In this document: piece after piece, positions 1 to 13,111 of the stretch | Layout of the letters: each line of letters starts with the position of its first letter | Position numbering within the stretch: position 1 is the stretch's first letter | Assembly: GCF_000143415.4 (NCBI RefSeq) | Contig: NW_003314291.1 | Location: 945,702-1,009,701, forward strand | Direction: 5' to 3' | DNA from: Selaginella moellendorffii | Taxonomy: Eukaryota; Plantae; Lycopodiophyta | Length of the DNA: 64,000 nucleotides | The notes under the pieces: generated by a model | What the model saw: only the letters and a program-made list of their open reading frames with translations | Databases searched by the model: none | What the model was told of the DNA's origin: nothing | Position numbers and translations under genes: made by a program

Positions 1-1500
1 CTATATAATCATCTGTAGTCAAATATAAAATTAAAACCTTTAGGAGCAATCATTAAAATTCAAACATATGAATGAACTGCTTGGTAGCTCACACTATCAT
101 CCTCAGTCTCTTCTCTTTTGCATGCTCTTCAAAGTCAACTCAAAATCAGTCAATTTCACTAGGAATGTGGATTTGTCATCAAAAAAGACTCACTGGATAA
201 GTGAGTATGGTTGGGTGACTAGCTGGTTATAAAGCTGAGACATGCATGCAAAAGCAAAAGAAGAGTTCCACTTGTTAGGCCTTGTGCCTTGTACTGTTGC
301 AATGAAAGCATTCATGTTGCTTTGAACCTAGATTGCTCCCATGCCTCTTGACAGGAGTGGTGCAAACAAACACCATTAACCCAAACAGTGTTCACCAAAC
401 ATATGGTATGATAACTATGGCTGTAGCTACTGAAACCAGCTCGTGGCTCCTGAAGACCTCATGCATAAAGGACATGCAACCATGGTGAGCAATGGGAGAC
501 TTGCTTGAAGAAAACGTGGTGGCTTGAGTAACGGTCTTGGCTCTTTCCAGCTATCGATCTCAAGGTTTTTAGCACCTCTATCCTACACTTGAAACTGTCA
601 ACAAAAAGCCTCACCTTATAGCAATGGTTGCTATTTTCGGCCACCACATCCAAAACATCTTTATTGTCTTCATTAGTGTATCCTCCAGCTGCATTTCCAG
701 ATACTGGACACAGACTGGCAATCCTTTCAAGGGTCTAGTAGCTCTCCATGTCATTCACAATCTGGAGCTCTTCTTTCGCTATTTAGATCTTTCTTTATCT
801 TCACGCATCGCACTGGTTCACAGCATTGTTCTTTAGTTGACGAACAAACGCCAGTGAAGCAACCCATACCTCAACCTTAGTCAAATAGTTTTCTGTGGGT
901 ACCATGCAGTCTTCACATTGAACATGTCCTCCCTTCTCCACCAACGGCCGCTAATTCTCAATCATCTTTGAAACCATTTCTTGGTGCTTCAAAGCACGAA
1001 CATAGAGCAACTCTGGCCTGGATGGAGAGCCATTTATCACATACGTTGCAAACGAAATCTTTGCCTTCCTCTTGCTCTAAGCTACACTCTCTATATGTGA
1101 TTGGGAATCTAGTCTCTAGCTTCAACTAAACATGGCCTCTTGAAAGAAATATTTCCCCAGCTAAAACTAACCAAACCCCAAAACTTCTTAAAACTAGGAT
1201 AGTCTGTTTTTAGTGTGACATTTCAATCCTTCAGAATCCACTGGAAAAATGTGACATCATCACTTGCCAAGTGGGGTTGATCCATTTTAATTCCTTTCAG
1301 CTACACTTCTGTGCTATAACAGAGATCCTCTTATAGATCTGGAAATGCTAAGTGGGAAAAGAATAAAGCATGAGGGTTTGGGTGTTTGGGAGTGTTTTTT
1401 GTTTGCAATGGCATCTAGCAAGAAGAAAACTAGGAATTCGTGGAATGGAATGGGCTGTCACACAAGGATCTTGTGAGAACCCTAATACATCACAAACAGA
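1..1500 (-). mobile_element. Degraded non-LTR (LINE-like) retrotransposon RT remnant; boundaries approximate
   Basis: Stop-riddled minus-strand translations resemble LINE RT motifs in the expected order: 'FPLSISRSIRG' (~1330-1360), 'PHLASDDVTFF' (~1245-1275; cf. xFADD) and 'PLVEKGG' (~930-950; cf. PKxKGGLG). Confidence 0.35.
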
Positions 1501-2635
1501 ACATATGTTTTTCTTATTCAAGCTTTCCGAGCGACATAGCTTCGCGGTTGAAGCAATCAGCAGCTAGGTATGTCAGCAGGATGGAGCCGAGCTTTCTCCA
1601 GAGGTAAACAGACTGTTTCGAATGTTAGATGAGAAGATGAGGACCCGACTGAGTGAACATCTCCATCTTAAATGCAGATGAACTTACTGGTGCAGGTTGT
1701 CACAAAGTTCTTCAGCTTGGAATCCAACTAGACGAACTTTGTGGCAACTTGCAAGGCGGAAGACGAGAAAGGGCCTGATAGCCAAGTTTCAATCCAGTGA
1801 GAGGTACACCGTCCAAATGCCGCCTGCAACCAAGCCTTAAGGGATCCAAGATCACTGTTGGTTCGCATTCTTTGGAAGTCAAACATGATCTACAGAGCAG
1901 TGCTTGTGAGATCTGGTAGGCTTCTACAGCAGTTTATGATCTCGAGAAGAATTGTTTGTGTTTGCTCTTTGTAGGACCTGGATGAGATTCAAGGCTATAT
2001 TCTTCTCGTGAGTCTTATGGAAAATAACCGTCACTGCGACGATCCATTACTGCCTGGTCACTGCGTAAGTTTTCTCCCTTTTCATTTCTTCCGGTCCATT
2101 CAAGTATTAATGCGGAAGTTTTCCAGGTTGCCATAACTTACTTTGTGGATAGACAACGGCCTCCTTCGACAATGCAATGCATGTCTCGAAAGGTCCAGGC
2201 TCTGGGAAAACAAGTGCTTGCAAACTTGAACCACGTAGTCACTTCTACTCTTTCAGCGTTGGAACATTTATTATAGAAATCATCTTAAAAACTGTATCCA
2301 ATTATAATTATAAACTATTTTATTGATAGCTGGTAAGCTTTAGAATTGTATGAAATAGCATCTTGGGTGCAATTCCTATGCAAATGTGGCATGCTTCATA
2401 GTAATATTATAATTGACACAATCATGCTATCATGTGCAATTGAAAACAAAAGAATATGTCCAAATAAATAGATTCGGATATTATATTTAGAAATTATAAA
2501 CATGTTCCCACAATTGTGTGTTGAACTAGAATGGAAAATATATAGTGATCATAACAATAGTCGATTGCACTAGAAAAATGTCTGGGTTTCATCTCTTTAC
2601 TCCTTAGCAACACCTCCAAGTTTGATAAGCTTCTC

Positions 2636-2881
2636 TCAGTTGTGATCCTTGCTTGGACCCGGTGGTGTTGTTAGAGTATTCTTGGGAAGCTTTTGGAAAA
2701 CTTGGCCTTCCAGCAACATCTTCCTGTTGCCCGTCGAATTGATCGCCACTTCACTGTTATTCATTCCAATCCTGAACAAAGATCCACTCACTCCACCATG
2801 GCACTCGCAAAGACACGGAGAGAACATCACCATCATCACGAGGAAGACAGCCAGCGCCTGAGTAAATCTCGCCATTCCCAA
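2636..2881 (-). CDS. Small secreted peptide precursor, IDA/IDL-like (81 aa)
   Basis: Intronless ORF with a hydrophobic signal peptide (MARFTQALAVFLVMMVMFSPCLC), a variable pro-region with RKML, and a C-terminal FQKLPKNTLTTPPGPSKDHN-stop that aligns gap-free to the IDA motif FGYLPKGVPIPPSAPSKRHN. Confidence 0.8.
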   Translation of the reverse strand: MGMARFTQALAVFLVMMVMFSPCLCECHGGVSGSLFRIGMNNSEVAINSTGNRKMLLEGQVFQKLPKNTLTTPPGPSKDHN

Positions 2882-3327
2882 AGAGCCTAGAACGGATCCG
2901 GTCCCTCTAGACGATGATTCTTAGCACTGTGATCGCGTTGTCAAAATCTCCAAAACCGGTGATATGAATCGTCGAGAACGTACCTTGAAAACTCTACTAT
3001 GATCGCCCGAGTGGAAAAATTCGATGCGTATGCTTGGACATGCCCTACCTATTATTTCTTTTTTTTACGCGAGTCCAGGAACTGCCGTGGAAACAACTTG
3101 AACGCGCTACCGCGTAATGAAATCTCTGAGTGTGAAGATTTGCCGTACTCGTGAGTTGCTTCGAGTGCTCTTGCTTCGTCTGAAACTAAGGCACGAGCTC
3201 TTGGCAGAGGTTTGCGGACTGGGAACTTGTCTCCCGATACCGCCTTACGAGGCTGTGGTATTTGTCAGTTTCCTGGAACACCTTTTCTATCTCAGAAACT
3301 CGTTTATCGCCGTTTCTTTTCCTTGAT

Positions 3328-3750
3328 TGTTTACAACATCACAGGTCCCATTCCTGAAAACATTGGAAACTGCACAAGCTACGAGATCCTGTGAGTATTT
3401 CTTTGTCGTGTGTTCACTTATTGATTTCTTTCCGTACTTGATTGCAGTAGAGATCTCTCGTATAACCAGCTGGGGGAGATTCCTTTGAACATCGGCTTTC
3501 TTCAAACTAGCTTTGTTGATCTCTTGACTTAGAAACTCATGGAGCAGTATTGCTTTGTCTCTTCCAGGGAACAAACTTGTTGACAACATTCCAGACGTGA
3601 TCGGCCTTATGCAGGCTCTGGCAGTTTTGTAAGTAATTTTATCTTTGATGTGTTTTAGTTCTCACTTGGTTTTTACAGGGATTTAATAACAATGACCTTG
3701 AAGGACCGATTCCTGCTAGCGGCTTTGGCACCGCACCCTGGTAAAGTCAA
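3328..3750 (+). pseudogene. ERECTA-family LRR-RLK fragment (4 LRR exons with introns, frameshifted/deleted)
   Basis: Successive exons encode NITGPIPENIGNCTSYEIL | DLSYNQLGEIPLNIGFLQ | SLPGNKLVDNIPDVIGLMQALAVL | NNDLEGPIP. These are diagnostic ERECTA LRRs in the one-LRR-per-exon structure. No signal peptide, TM or kinase follows. Confidence 0.8.
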
Positions 3751-4429
3751 CGATTGTCTTCGTTCTGACCTGGTGCTGAGCGTACGTGGACCGGTTGCAT
3801 TCTACGCAAGAAAGAAACTGGGGAATAAGCCACAGTTTTGCTGTGAAACGGGTACTCATTTTCAAGTTTGTGTTCTCTAGGTGATGTGGTTGCCTGCGAA
3901 ACTATCAGAAAACATTCCTGTTCTCTGCAGAATCGAATGCGAACCTGGCTTCCTCCATCCGGATGAACCTTAGGCAAAATAAACTATATTGAGATGTAGA
4001 GAGTATAAAAAACAATCGTCTATGCATGCATACAATCAAGCCTATATCCCCTACAGGCCGCGTTCTTCACGAGTTAAATCTGCAAGGAAATTTACTGCAT
4101 ACGAGCAGCCGTCACGGCCGTCAGAATTCTTCTTTGCAACCGAATGTCAAGTATTCTGGAACCTGCGATCGCTCTCTTCGCTGTTGTTGTAAATTTCTTT
4201 GCCCATACGTCAAACTCCTTTCTCAGAGTCTTACCAGATGAAAAAAAGCGCCAGATTCTTTCTCGTATATATAAATTTTCCCTTGTATATATACACTGTG
4301 TATGCTTTCAATACATGTTGATGGTGGCTTTAGTAAGCATGGATCTTCTCCCCAAAAGGCCTATATATCTATATATCTATATGCTGTTTTGATAGTCTCC
4401 TGGTGCCCAACTTGAAGCATGAGGATGGA

Positions 4430-4530
4430 TCAAAATGCAAGGCCTTGGTATATGATCCAGTTGCCAAGACCGAAGTCGACCACCACTGCCTCCAAAATGT
4501 AGTCGTGCAGCAAGAATCCGTCCATATGTC
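4430..4530 (-). pseudogene. Short receptor-kinase subdomain VIb-VII fragment (SERK/LRR-II-like)
   Basis: FLLHDYILEAVVVDFGLGN resembles NILLDxxFEAVVGDFGLAK. It is isolated, with no flanking kinase subdomains. Confidence 0.4.
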
Positions 4531-5957
4531 TTTTCTTTCTTCTTGGTGGCAATGCTGACTCTCCTATTAAATTGTCATGTGTGGGTTTCATGTAGCTTTC
4601 CTCTTGACCAGTCTGATCTATCCAGTTCTTAAGCGGCGAGAATTGCATGCTCCAATGATCGTTTCAAAGCTCTCATGGTTTGGAGGTTCATGGTTTGGTT
4701 TCTAAAACTTTTCTTAAGATCAGTGAGTTCCGGCCATGGCCCATGCCCGCCAGGCCCTCGCCTGTCCAAATGGCAAACACATTTGCGCCTGAGGCGCAGA
4801 CTGAAAAGTACGTATCATCAAACATCATCGTCAACAAAAGATATATGTAGGTGGAGGGCATTCAAGGCCCCCAAAAAGGACCCCTCTCCTTTGTGATTCC
4901 CAACGTTCGCTTGGGGAGCAATCGCTGGATCAGCAAAAGTGGCTCCAAAAAGGACTGGATGGATGGATCCATAAAACCAAAAGTTTCGATCAAGGAAAAG
5001 GAGCACCATGCCACTACATGCGTGAGATTATATCACAAAAGCAATTTTCGCTATTAATCTGGATTATATACTGCAACTATTATCGCTATTAATCTGGATT
5101 CCAAGCTCTGTTGTACTTTGATTCGTTCTTTCTGGCAGTATATAGTTTATGAGGACGAGAAAATTTGTTGCGAGGAAAGCAACAGTTTGTAGCGCAGTGG
5201 AGGCTGACCAGCACATCCGCCCAGGACCAGCGCGATCTTAATACACATAAATGGAACAGTTAAGCTCCACACAAAGTGGGGATTTTATGGTAACACATCT
5301 CGAGCAAAACAAAGCAACCAAGCAAAGAAATGACAAAAGAGTTTTACCAGAGGAGTGGACCAGTAAATGACAGTGAAAGGGGATGAAAGGGATCGGGAGA
5401 GATGCCAGGGGATATTCGCCGCCTCCGGCATGGATAGCCGTTGGAAAGCCAAGGATGGCGATTTAGCCGTTGGTCTCGTGGCGATAAAAAAAAGAGATTA
5501 GCAAGTTCATCGATGCTAATCGCTCGAAATGCTGGGGCAACTCCACAAACGCTAAGTTGATGGAGGAATGGATGGTAGATAAGTGAAATAGCTGGCATGG
5601 TAAAAACTTTTGCCCGGATGGTTTTTACTTCTAGGGCTCTTGTTTTAGGTGGCTCTTTAGCTTAGGACGGAGGTGGAGAAATGGTGGTTTGTGTGGAAGC
5701 AAAGCCGCCAAGGATTCTCGCAAAGCAAAGCAAGCAAAGACCGGTACACAGTTAAGTAGGAGCTTTCTCTCTCGCGTGTGTGAGAGGATTTCGTGAGGAG
5801 CGGGCATAGATTCCACCAAGCGAGCAAAGGGTTTTAGCCAATCTCCCCAGCTTTGGAGCTTTCAATCCATCCGGCGAGCCAGCGGGCGAGCGCGGCGCGA
5901 GGAATCGAGCGGGTTTGTATTGGTTTGACTGATCTCCTCCTTCTCGATTGTCTGGAA

Positions 5958-8900
5958 TGATCGTCGATCGTTGTGGTGTAGGAGCGATGACGAGGAGGAG
6001 AGGTTTTAGATTCTTCCTCCTGGCGGCAATGTGGGTCTTCTTCTTCTTCTCGCTGGCGCCCAATCTCGCCCAGGACGATGGCGATGGCGGAGGAGGAGGA
6101 TTGGGAGCCGAGGATGGGATGATTGTCACGGAGGAGAACCTGGCGGCGCTCCTGGCGATCAAGCACGCCTTCATGGACGCGCAGGGCGCATTGATCAGCT
6201 GGAACGAGACCGGCGTTGGGGCGTGCTCGGGGAGCTGGGCGGGGATCAAATGCGCGAGGGGCCAAGTGATCGCGGTCCAGCTCCCGGGCAAGGGCCTGGG
6301 TGGTAGCCTCTCCCCGCGATTCGGCGAGCTCACGGAGCTCCGCAAGCTCAATCTCCACAGCAACAGGATCGAGGGCTCCATCCCATCATCGATCACGGGC
6401 CTGGCAAATCTTCGCAGCGTCTATCTCTTCCAGAACAGGCTCACGGGGACGATCCCGGCTGGCCTGGGCCGGTCCCCGCTAATGCAGGCCGTCGATCTCA
6501 GCGGTAATAGGCTCCAGGGGGACATTCCGGCATCGCTTGGCTCTTCCGGCAGAATGTTCCTGCTCAACCTGGCAGGGAATAATCTAAGCGGTGGGATCCC
6601 ACCCGAGATCGCGGGGTCGGCGTCGTTGATCACGCTGATTCTGGCGCGGAATGGCCTGGATGGGGAGATTCCCACCACCTGGCCCGATTCCGGAAAGCTG
6701 CGGACTTTGGATCTCTCGCGGAATAATCTCAGCGGCGAGATCCCGCCGTCCATCGCGAGGCTCCGGAATCTCACCATCCTCGACGTGGCCTCCAATGAGC
6801 TCTCGGGCGGGATCCCTGGCGAGCTGGGCGGGATCGCGGCGCTCCAGCTGCTCGATCTCTCGGGCAACCGCTTGAATGGCAGCATCCCGGCGAGCATCGG
6901 GCAGCTGGGCAATCTCACCAGCGCGAATTTTTCCGACAACAATCTCTCCGGGCGAGTGCCGCGCTTCGTCCATGGATTCAACAGCTCGGCGTTTGCGGGG
7001 AATGCCGGGCTGTGCGGCCTGGCGGGGCTGGTGGCGTGCCAATCTCCCGTGCCATCGCGGTCGCCCCAGCAATCCACCCCCGCCGAGAGGCGGCGATCCA
7101 GGAGCCGGCTGAGCAAGCTGAGCTTGATCTGCATCATCGTGGGCGGAGTGCTCGCGCTGGGCGCCGCGATTTGCATGCTTATGCTCATCGCGTGGAGGTT
7201 CCGCGAGCAGCGGGCGGCGGGCGCGCACGAGAGGGCGAGCAAGGGCAAGGCGGAGACGAGTGTGGATCCCAGCGGAGGGAGTAGCGGTGGTGGCGCCGGC
7301 GGTGGTGGCGGAGGGAATGGAAATGGCGGGAATGGGAAGCTCGTCCACTTTGATGGGCCGTTCTCTTTCACCGCGGACGATCTTCTCTGCGCGACCGCGG
7401 AGGTGATGGGCAAGAGCACGTATGGGACGGTGTACAAGGCGACGCTGGAGAATGGGAACACGGTGGTGGTGAAGAGGCTGCGCGAGGGGATCGTGAGGAG
7501 CCAGCGCGAGTTTGAGGCGGAGGTGAGCGCGCTGGGGAGGATCCGGCACACGAATCTGGTGGCGCTGCGGGCTTACTACTGGGGGCCCAAGGATGAGAAG
7601 CTGCTCGTGTTTGATTTCATGCATGGTGGGAGCTTGGCCGCGTTTCTACACGGTGAGTTCTTCTTCTTCCTTGTTCTCTTTCTTTTGTTCTTCCTCTCTT
7701 TTTTTCTTCTTGGTTTCGTGGATGGTGTTTGCGAAGCTTTGCTCTTTTGATCGTGAGCTCGTTTGGTTTGATTCTTTCGTCTAGATTGGTTTTTCGACGT
7801 TCTTGCTTGATCGATTGGGCGAGTTTTTCATGAAAGGTGGCGACATTCTCCTCCTCCTTCGTTCTCTTGCTTCGCTCGTTCTCTCTTTCTTTGTTCTTCT
7901 TCCTCGTTTTCCTTCTTTGTTCTTCCTCGTTCTCATCGTTCTCTTCTTTTCTTCTTGGTTTCGTGGATGGTGTTTGCGAAGCTTTCTCTTTCGATCGTGA
8001 GCTCGTTTGTTCCCTTTTCTCCGTGATGCCGTCTAGATTGTCTTTGCTTTGTTTTTTCATGTTCTTGCTTGGTCGAGTTCTTCTCTCTCCCTTTTCTAGA
8101 TCTTTGATTTGGTTGGCGATCGACATTTTCGATTGTTCGCGTGGGGTCTGTGATGGTGGACGTTTGGCTGGTTTGATTGTGTGCGTGATCCCATTGTCCT
8201 TGAATTCTTCCGACCTACACGCGTGTTGTGAGATTTTCTTTGTTCTCTTCGTTTCTTCTTGCTTTTGTGGATGGTGCTTGCGAAAATTTCTTCTTTGATT
8301 GCGAGAATAAGCTCGTTTCTCCGTGGTCCTTTCGTCTAGATTGTCTTTGCTTTGATTTTTCCATTTTCGTTGATTCTGCATTGAATGGTAGCGAACGTCG
8401 ACTGTTTGCGTGTGGTCTTTGATAGTGGTCGTTTGGCTGGTTTGTTTGAAGTGTGCTCGATCCGATCATCCTCGAATTCCTCCCACGTACACTCGTGTGT
8501 GTTTCACTTGAGAGACGTTCTGTTCTTCATTCGATCGTGCATGGAATCTCAGGATCCATTTGACGCAAAGTTCTTTTTTTTCTTGTGGCATTTAAGTTCT
8601 TCATTCGATCGTGCATGGAAGTCTTACGTTCCAATCGATAGGATTGACTCAAAGTTGGATTTTTTTCTGTGTTCTTGCAGCTCGGGGACCCGAGACGCCG
8701 CTCGGATGGTCGACGCGCATGAAGATCGCGCTGGGCACGGCCAAAGGCCTCGCCTACCTCCACGACGCGGAGAAGATGGTCCACGGCAACCTCACCTCGA
8801 GCAACATCCTCCTCGACTCCCACCTCAACGCGGTCATCTCGGACTACGGCCTCTCGCGGCTCATGACCTCCTCGGCGGGCTCCAACGTTCTGGCCACCGC

Positions 8901-9375
8901 CGGCTCGCAGGGATACCGGGCACCCGAGGTGAGCAAGCTCAAGAAGGCCACCACCAAGTCGGACGTCTACAGCTTTGGCATCGTGCTGCTGGAGCTGCTC
9001 ACCGGCAAGGCCCCCGGCGACGCGGTGAGCACCGCCGACGGTGGCGCGCTGGATCTGCCCGAGTGGGTGTCGAGCGTCGTCAAGGAGGAGTGGACGTCCG
9101 AGGTGTTCGATGTGGAGCTGCTCAAGGGGACCGCTCCATCCGAGGATGATATGCTTAACACGCTCCAGCTCGCGATGAACTGCGTCTCGGCGTCGCCCAG
9201 CTCCAGGCCGGATATGAACGAGGTGCTGAGACAGGTGGAGAGCGTCGCTGGTGGCGGTGGTAGCGCTGGCGGCGGTGGTGATCCTACCAGGTATTCTCCG
9301 GGGTCTGGAGCGGCTTCTTCGACGCAAGGAGCTGTGACACCACCACCTCCGCCAGCGCCATCGTCGTCGTCGTGA
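5958..9375 (+). CDS. LRR receptor-like kinase, LRR-III subfamily (IMK2/IMK3-like); 2 exons (to 7652; 8681-9375); start codon uncertain
   Basis: Signal peptide, LRRNT ([18 protein letters not shown]), ~9 LRRs, TM, then [50 protein letters not shown] and DYGLSRLM. The GT-AG intron 7653-8680 joins LH-ARGPETP in frame. Confidence 0.93.
7680..8480. repeat. Degenerate pyrimidine-rich repeats inside the RLK intron
   Basis: The unit core TTTCGTGGATGGTGTTTGCGAAGCTTT...GATCGTGAGCTCGTTT...GTCTAGATTG recurs at ~7710, ~7960 and ~8265. Confidence 0.7.
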
Positions 9376-9720
9376 AAGTTTGTGTAAGTTAGATTGGTTT
9401 CGATCGATCGATTGTCATTGTTTGACAGGAGAATTGATATGGAAAAGCATCGAAAGAGTTCCAAGGATCTTGGAGGGGAGCTCCAATGATCTTGGAGGGG
9501 AGAAGAAGAGAGAGGAAGAAGAAGCTGCATTTTGTGGGGGGAGAAGTTCGTTTGTGCTGTTTCTGTTTTGGGGAGGATTTTTTTTCCATCATACAAGCCC
9601 AAAGCTTGCAAAGTTTTAACAGGCCTTTAAAAATTTAATTGACATTTAACTTAATTGAACTTCATTAACATTAATTAAAGTAGATTTTAAACTCGGGATA
9701 AACCCTAAAGGTTTTTGGCG

Positions 9721-12700
9721 ATGGAGTACCGAGAATTCGTGGAGACGCACGGCATTCTCCTGGCGGCGGCTGGATTGCCGGCCGATCTGTATGGTAAGCT
9801 CCACCACAAGCTCGTCAACGATGTCCTGGACGGTGGGAGTGTGTTTGAGATCGAGGAGTGCGAGAATGGGAGGCAGCGGCGGCTCCTTCTCGCCGGCGAT
9901 GGGATCGGCAAGGAATCGGATGTGTTCCTTGTTGATCATGCCTGGTCATTCCGGCTCCCCGATGCTCGCAAGCAGGTAATCCATCGGATTCCATCCCATC
10001 CATGATTTTTCTTCACAATATTTTGCTTCTTCCACAGCTTGAAACTATTCCAGGACTAGCGGAGAGAATGGCGAAGCTTATGTGCGTCGCTGGCGATCAG
10101 GACGATCAAGAGAATGAGATTGATCCAGATGAATCTCACGAAGACAAGGAAGAAGAGCTTGCAAAGAAATTAGGTGGCGATGAAGAGCCTTTGTGGCTAG
10201 AGCTCGATGAACTGGGAATCGACGATGAGAAGCTGGAGTCTCTAGATCTTGCGACTGCATGTCCGGTAAGCTCCTTTTTGCTTTCTTTCGACTTTAACGT
10301 TTCTCGTTTTCTAGAATTTAATCGCTCTCAGTCTTTGGGGGAACGGACTCGAATGCGCGGACGTGCTACTTAATGTGCTCTCTAGTTTACGCTCTTTGCG
10401 AGGGCTCTGGGTGAATGAAAATCCCGTAGCTTCAAGCGAAGTGTAAGTTTCGGTTTCAAAGATTTCTTCGATAGATCTGATTGACAGTGATGCTGACACA
10501 GGATTCTGAAAGATTTACCGGACGCTTGTCCAAGCTTGGAGATTTACAACTCCAAGCTTCTTGGAGATTTTGGCTGGTGGTCGATTGGGTTTTGCTGCGG
10601 ATTGATTGATTCAGAGAATCCACTTGGAAGCGAAGGTTTGCTGGAAAATGTGGAGAATATTGACCTTTCTAATCGTGGTATCAGAAAGCTTCCAACGAAG
10701 GTAAGGTTTTATCGCTTTTTTGTCTGCGGGATTTGTAAACTTTCGATTGTTTCAGGGATTTAATCACGTAGTACTGCCAAAGCTTACGAGTCTTAATTTG
10801 CGGGGTAATTCCTTTGAGGACGTATCAAGCGGTGACCTCTTGCAAGCTCTGAAGTCGTTTCCTTTGTTGAAATCTTTAGAGGTAAACTTGTCTTTGGTTG
10901 GAACTCTTTTTTTTTTAATCTTTTTTGTAGATTGATATTCCCGGTGCACTTGGTAATAGTGCATTGAAACTCAGTAATGATCTGCCTAAGCTGTTAGAGA
11001 TAAATGGCGTGGCTGTAGTGAAAATTCTGGAAGAAGAGAAGGATTTTGTGGATACTCGCCTCAAACAACGTTTTCCTCTCTGGAGTCCAGAGGAGCCACT
11101 TTCAGAACGTGTTCTTCGAGCGATGTGGAGATATATAATGACATACAGATTAGCTGACGAAGTGAAGCTGGATGAGATGCCAGTGTGGTAAGATGTGAAG
11201 TCTTTGTCTTTTTTTTTTTCTACTCTTGATTTTTTTTCTAACTTGTATTGATAGGTATGTTATGGATGAACTTGGGTCTGCTGTGAGACATAGTGATGAG
11301 CCAAACTTGAAATTTGCTCCATTCATGTTTCTTCCTGATGGGTCAATGAACTCAGCTGTGAGGTAGAGACTTATTCTCTATTCCTTTTTTCTTTTTTTAA
11401 TTTCTCTTGTGTTCAAGCAGCTATACTTTAATGTGGCCTACCAAAAACATTACAAAAGGTGAAGAATGCACCAGAGACTATCTTTTAGGATTTGACGAGA
11501 AAAAACAGCGATCTGCACGTCTAACTGCATGGTTTCATACTCCAGAAGCATACTTTGAACAGGTAGTTGTCGCTTATATTACTTCTATATTCAAAAGCTC
11601 AAATTTGCGCAGGCATACAAAGACCATCACCAAAAAATTCATCCTTCAAAGAGGCCGACTGATATTATTTCAACATCACAGCATTCAAATGGAAACAAGA
11701 GGCATTTCACTGTTTATAGTGATATACCTCAGGTCATGGACTTTCTGAATCGTCCTGAATTTACTCTAAGTAAGATCATCTATATCATCTATATCATCTA
11801 TACTGGATCTGGCTGTAAATTGATTGGGAATTTTGTTTCTGCAGTTGACGATCCAAGCAAGGCCGATATCATCTGGGCAAGCTGGCAAGTTGACGAAGAA
11901 GCTTGTAAAGCGTTTGGTCTGAACCAAGACCAGTTTACTAATCAGTTTCCTTTCGAAGCCTGCATTGTTATGAAGCACAACCTTGCAGAAACCATGCGAT
12001 TGGTAAATTTTACTCCTCCCTTTACAGGATTTTTTCTGACTTTGAAGAGCTTGCAGGCGTATGGAAACCCGGAATGGCTTCCCACTACTTACAACTTGGA
12101 ATCCCATTTAGCTGCTCTCATTGGGGACTATAATGCCAGAGAGAAGCGTGGCGACGATAATCTGTGGATTCTCAAACCATGGAATATGGCTCGTACAATT
12201 GACACGACGGTGACAAGGTCCCTGCCAGCGATAATACGACACATGGAAACCGGGCCGAAGATTTGTCAAAAGTACATCGAAACTCCTGCTCTTTTTCGTG
12301 GCAAGAAGTTTGATCTACGCTACGTTGTCTTGTTGCGTTGTTTGCAACCCCTGGAGCTGTTCTTGTGCGATGTCTTCTGGGTAAGTTTCTTGCAGGCACT
12401 TTCTGTGAGTTAATCAAATCTTTTCTTTGCAGATTCGACTGGCTTTGAATGACTACACTTTGGACGAGAGCAGTTTGTCCGAGTACGAAACTCATTTTAC
12501 TGTCATGGTAAAGGCCGAACTTTTTTCTTTTCTGCCAACAGCATGGTTCATTGTTCTCGCTTTCGCAGAATTATAGAAACAAGCTGAATCACGTCAACAC
12601 CCACGATTTTGTTCCGGAGTTTGAAAAGGAGCACAACGGTACTCAAACCTTTACTCGTTTTCAAACTAAGTTCTTGACATGCAGTGAACTGGCGTGACAT

Positions 12701-13043
12701 ACACGAGCGTGTCAGGAAGATGTTGCGAGCTGTTTTCGAAGCAGCATCGACTATCCACCAGGAAATGTACAGCCCCAAGTCCAGAGCAATTTATGGTGTG
12801 GATATTATGCTGGATTCTAACTTTCATCCCAAACTGCTGGAGGTAAACGAGCTCAAAGTTAACAATCTCAACAATTTCGGCTTCTAAATGCAGGTCACTT
12901 ACTGTCCAGATTGCACAAGAGCGTGCAAATACGACGTGAAGAAAGTTGTGGGCGATAACACCGTGATGAAGGGTGTTGATTTCTTTAACAACGTTTTTGG
13001 TTGCCTCTTCCTCAACGAAGCTCAAGACATGACTCCACTTTAA
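9721..13043 (+). CDS. TTLL12: Tubulin-tyrosine ligase-like protein 12 (multi-exon)
   Basis: VFLVDHAWSFR, WYVMDELGSAVRHSDEPN, NQFPFEACIVMKH, WILKPWNMAR, GPKICQKYIE, KFDLRY, YETHFTVM, RAIYGVDIML and LLEVTYCPDC across ~15 short GT-AG introns. ATG at 9721, TAA at 13041-13043. Confidence 0.93.
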
Positions 13044-13111
13044 AAGTAAGTCATACATACAGAGCCAGGGACCTAACTTTTTCTTTTCTTTGTAGGGCGG
13101 CATGAGCAGGA

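Noticed and set aside
1560-2270. Exon-like segments with GT/AG signals
   Set aside because: No coherent ORF or recognisable family; cannot be supported without a search.
7617-8381. 254-aa Lys/Arg/Glu-rich minus-strand ORF
   Set aside because: Antisense reading of the CT-rich intron repeat; low complexity.
5752-9611. Long antisense and alternate-frame ORFs over the LRR-III RLK (e.g. 6421-7551, 6584-7624, 8527-9327)
   Set aside because: Shadow ORFs caused by high GC3 codon usage; no protein motifs.
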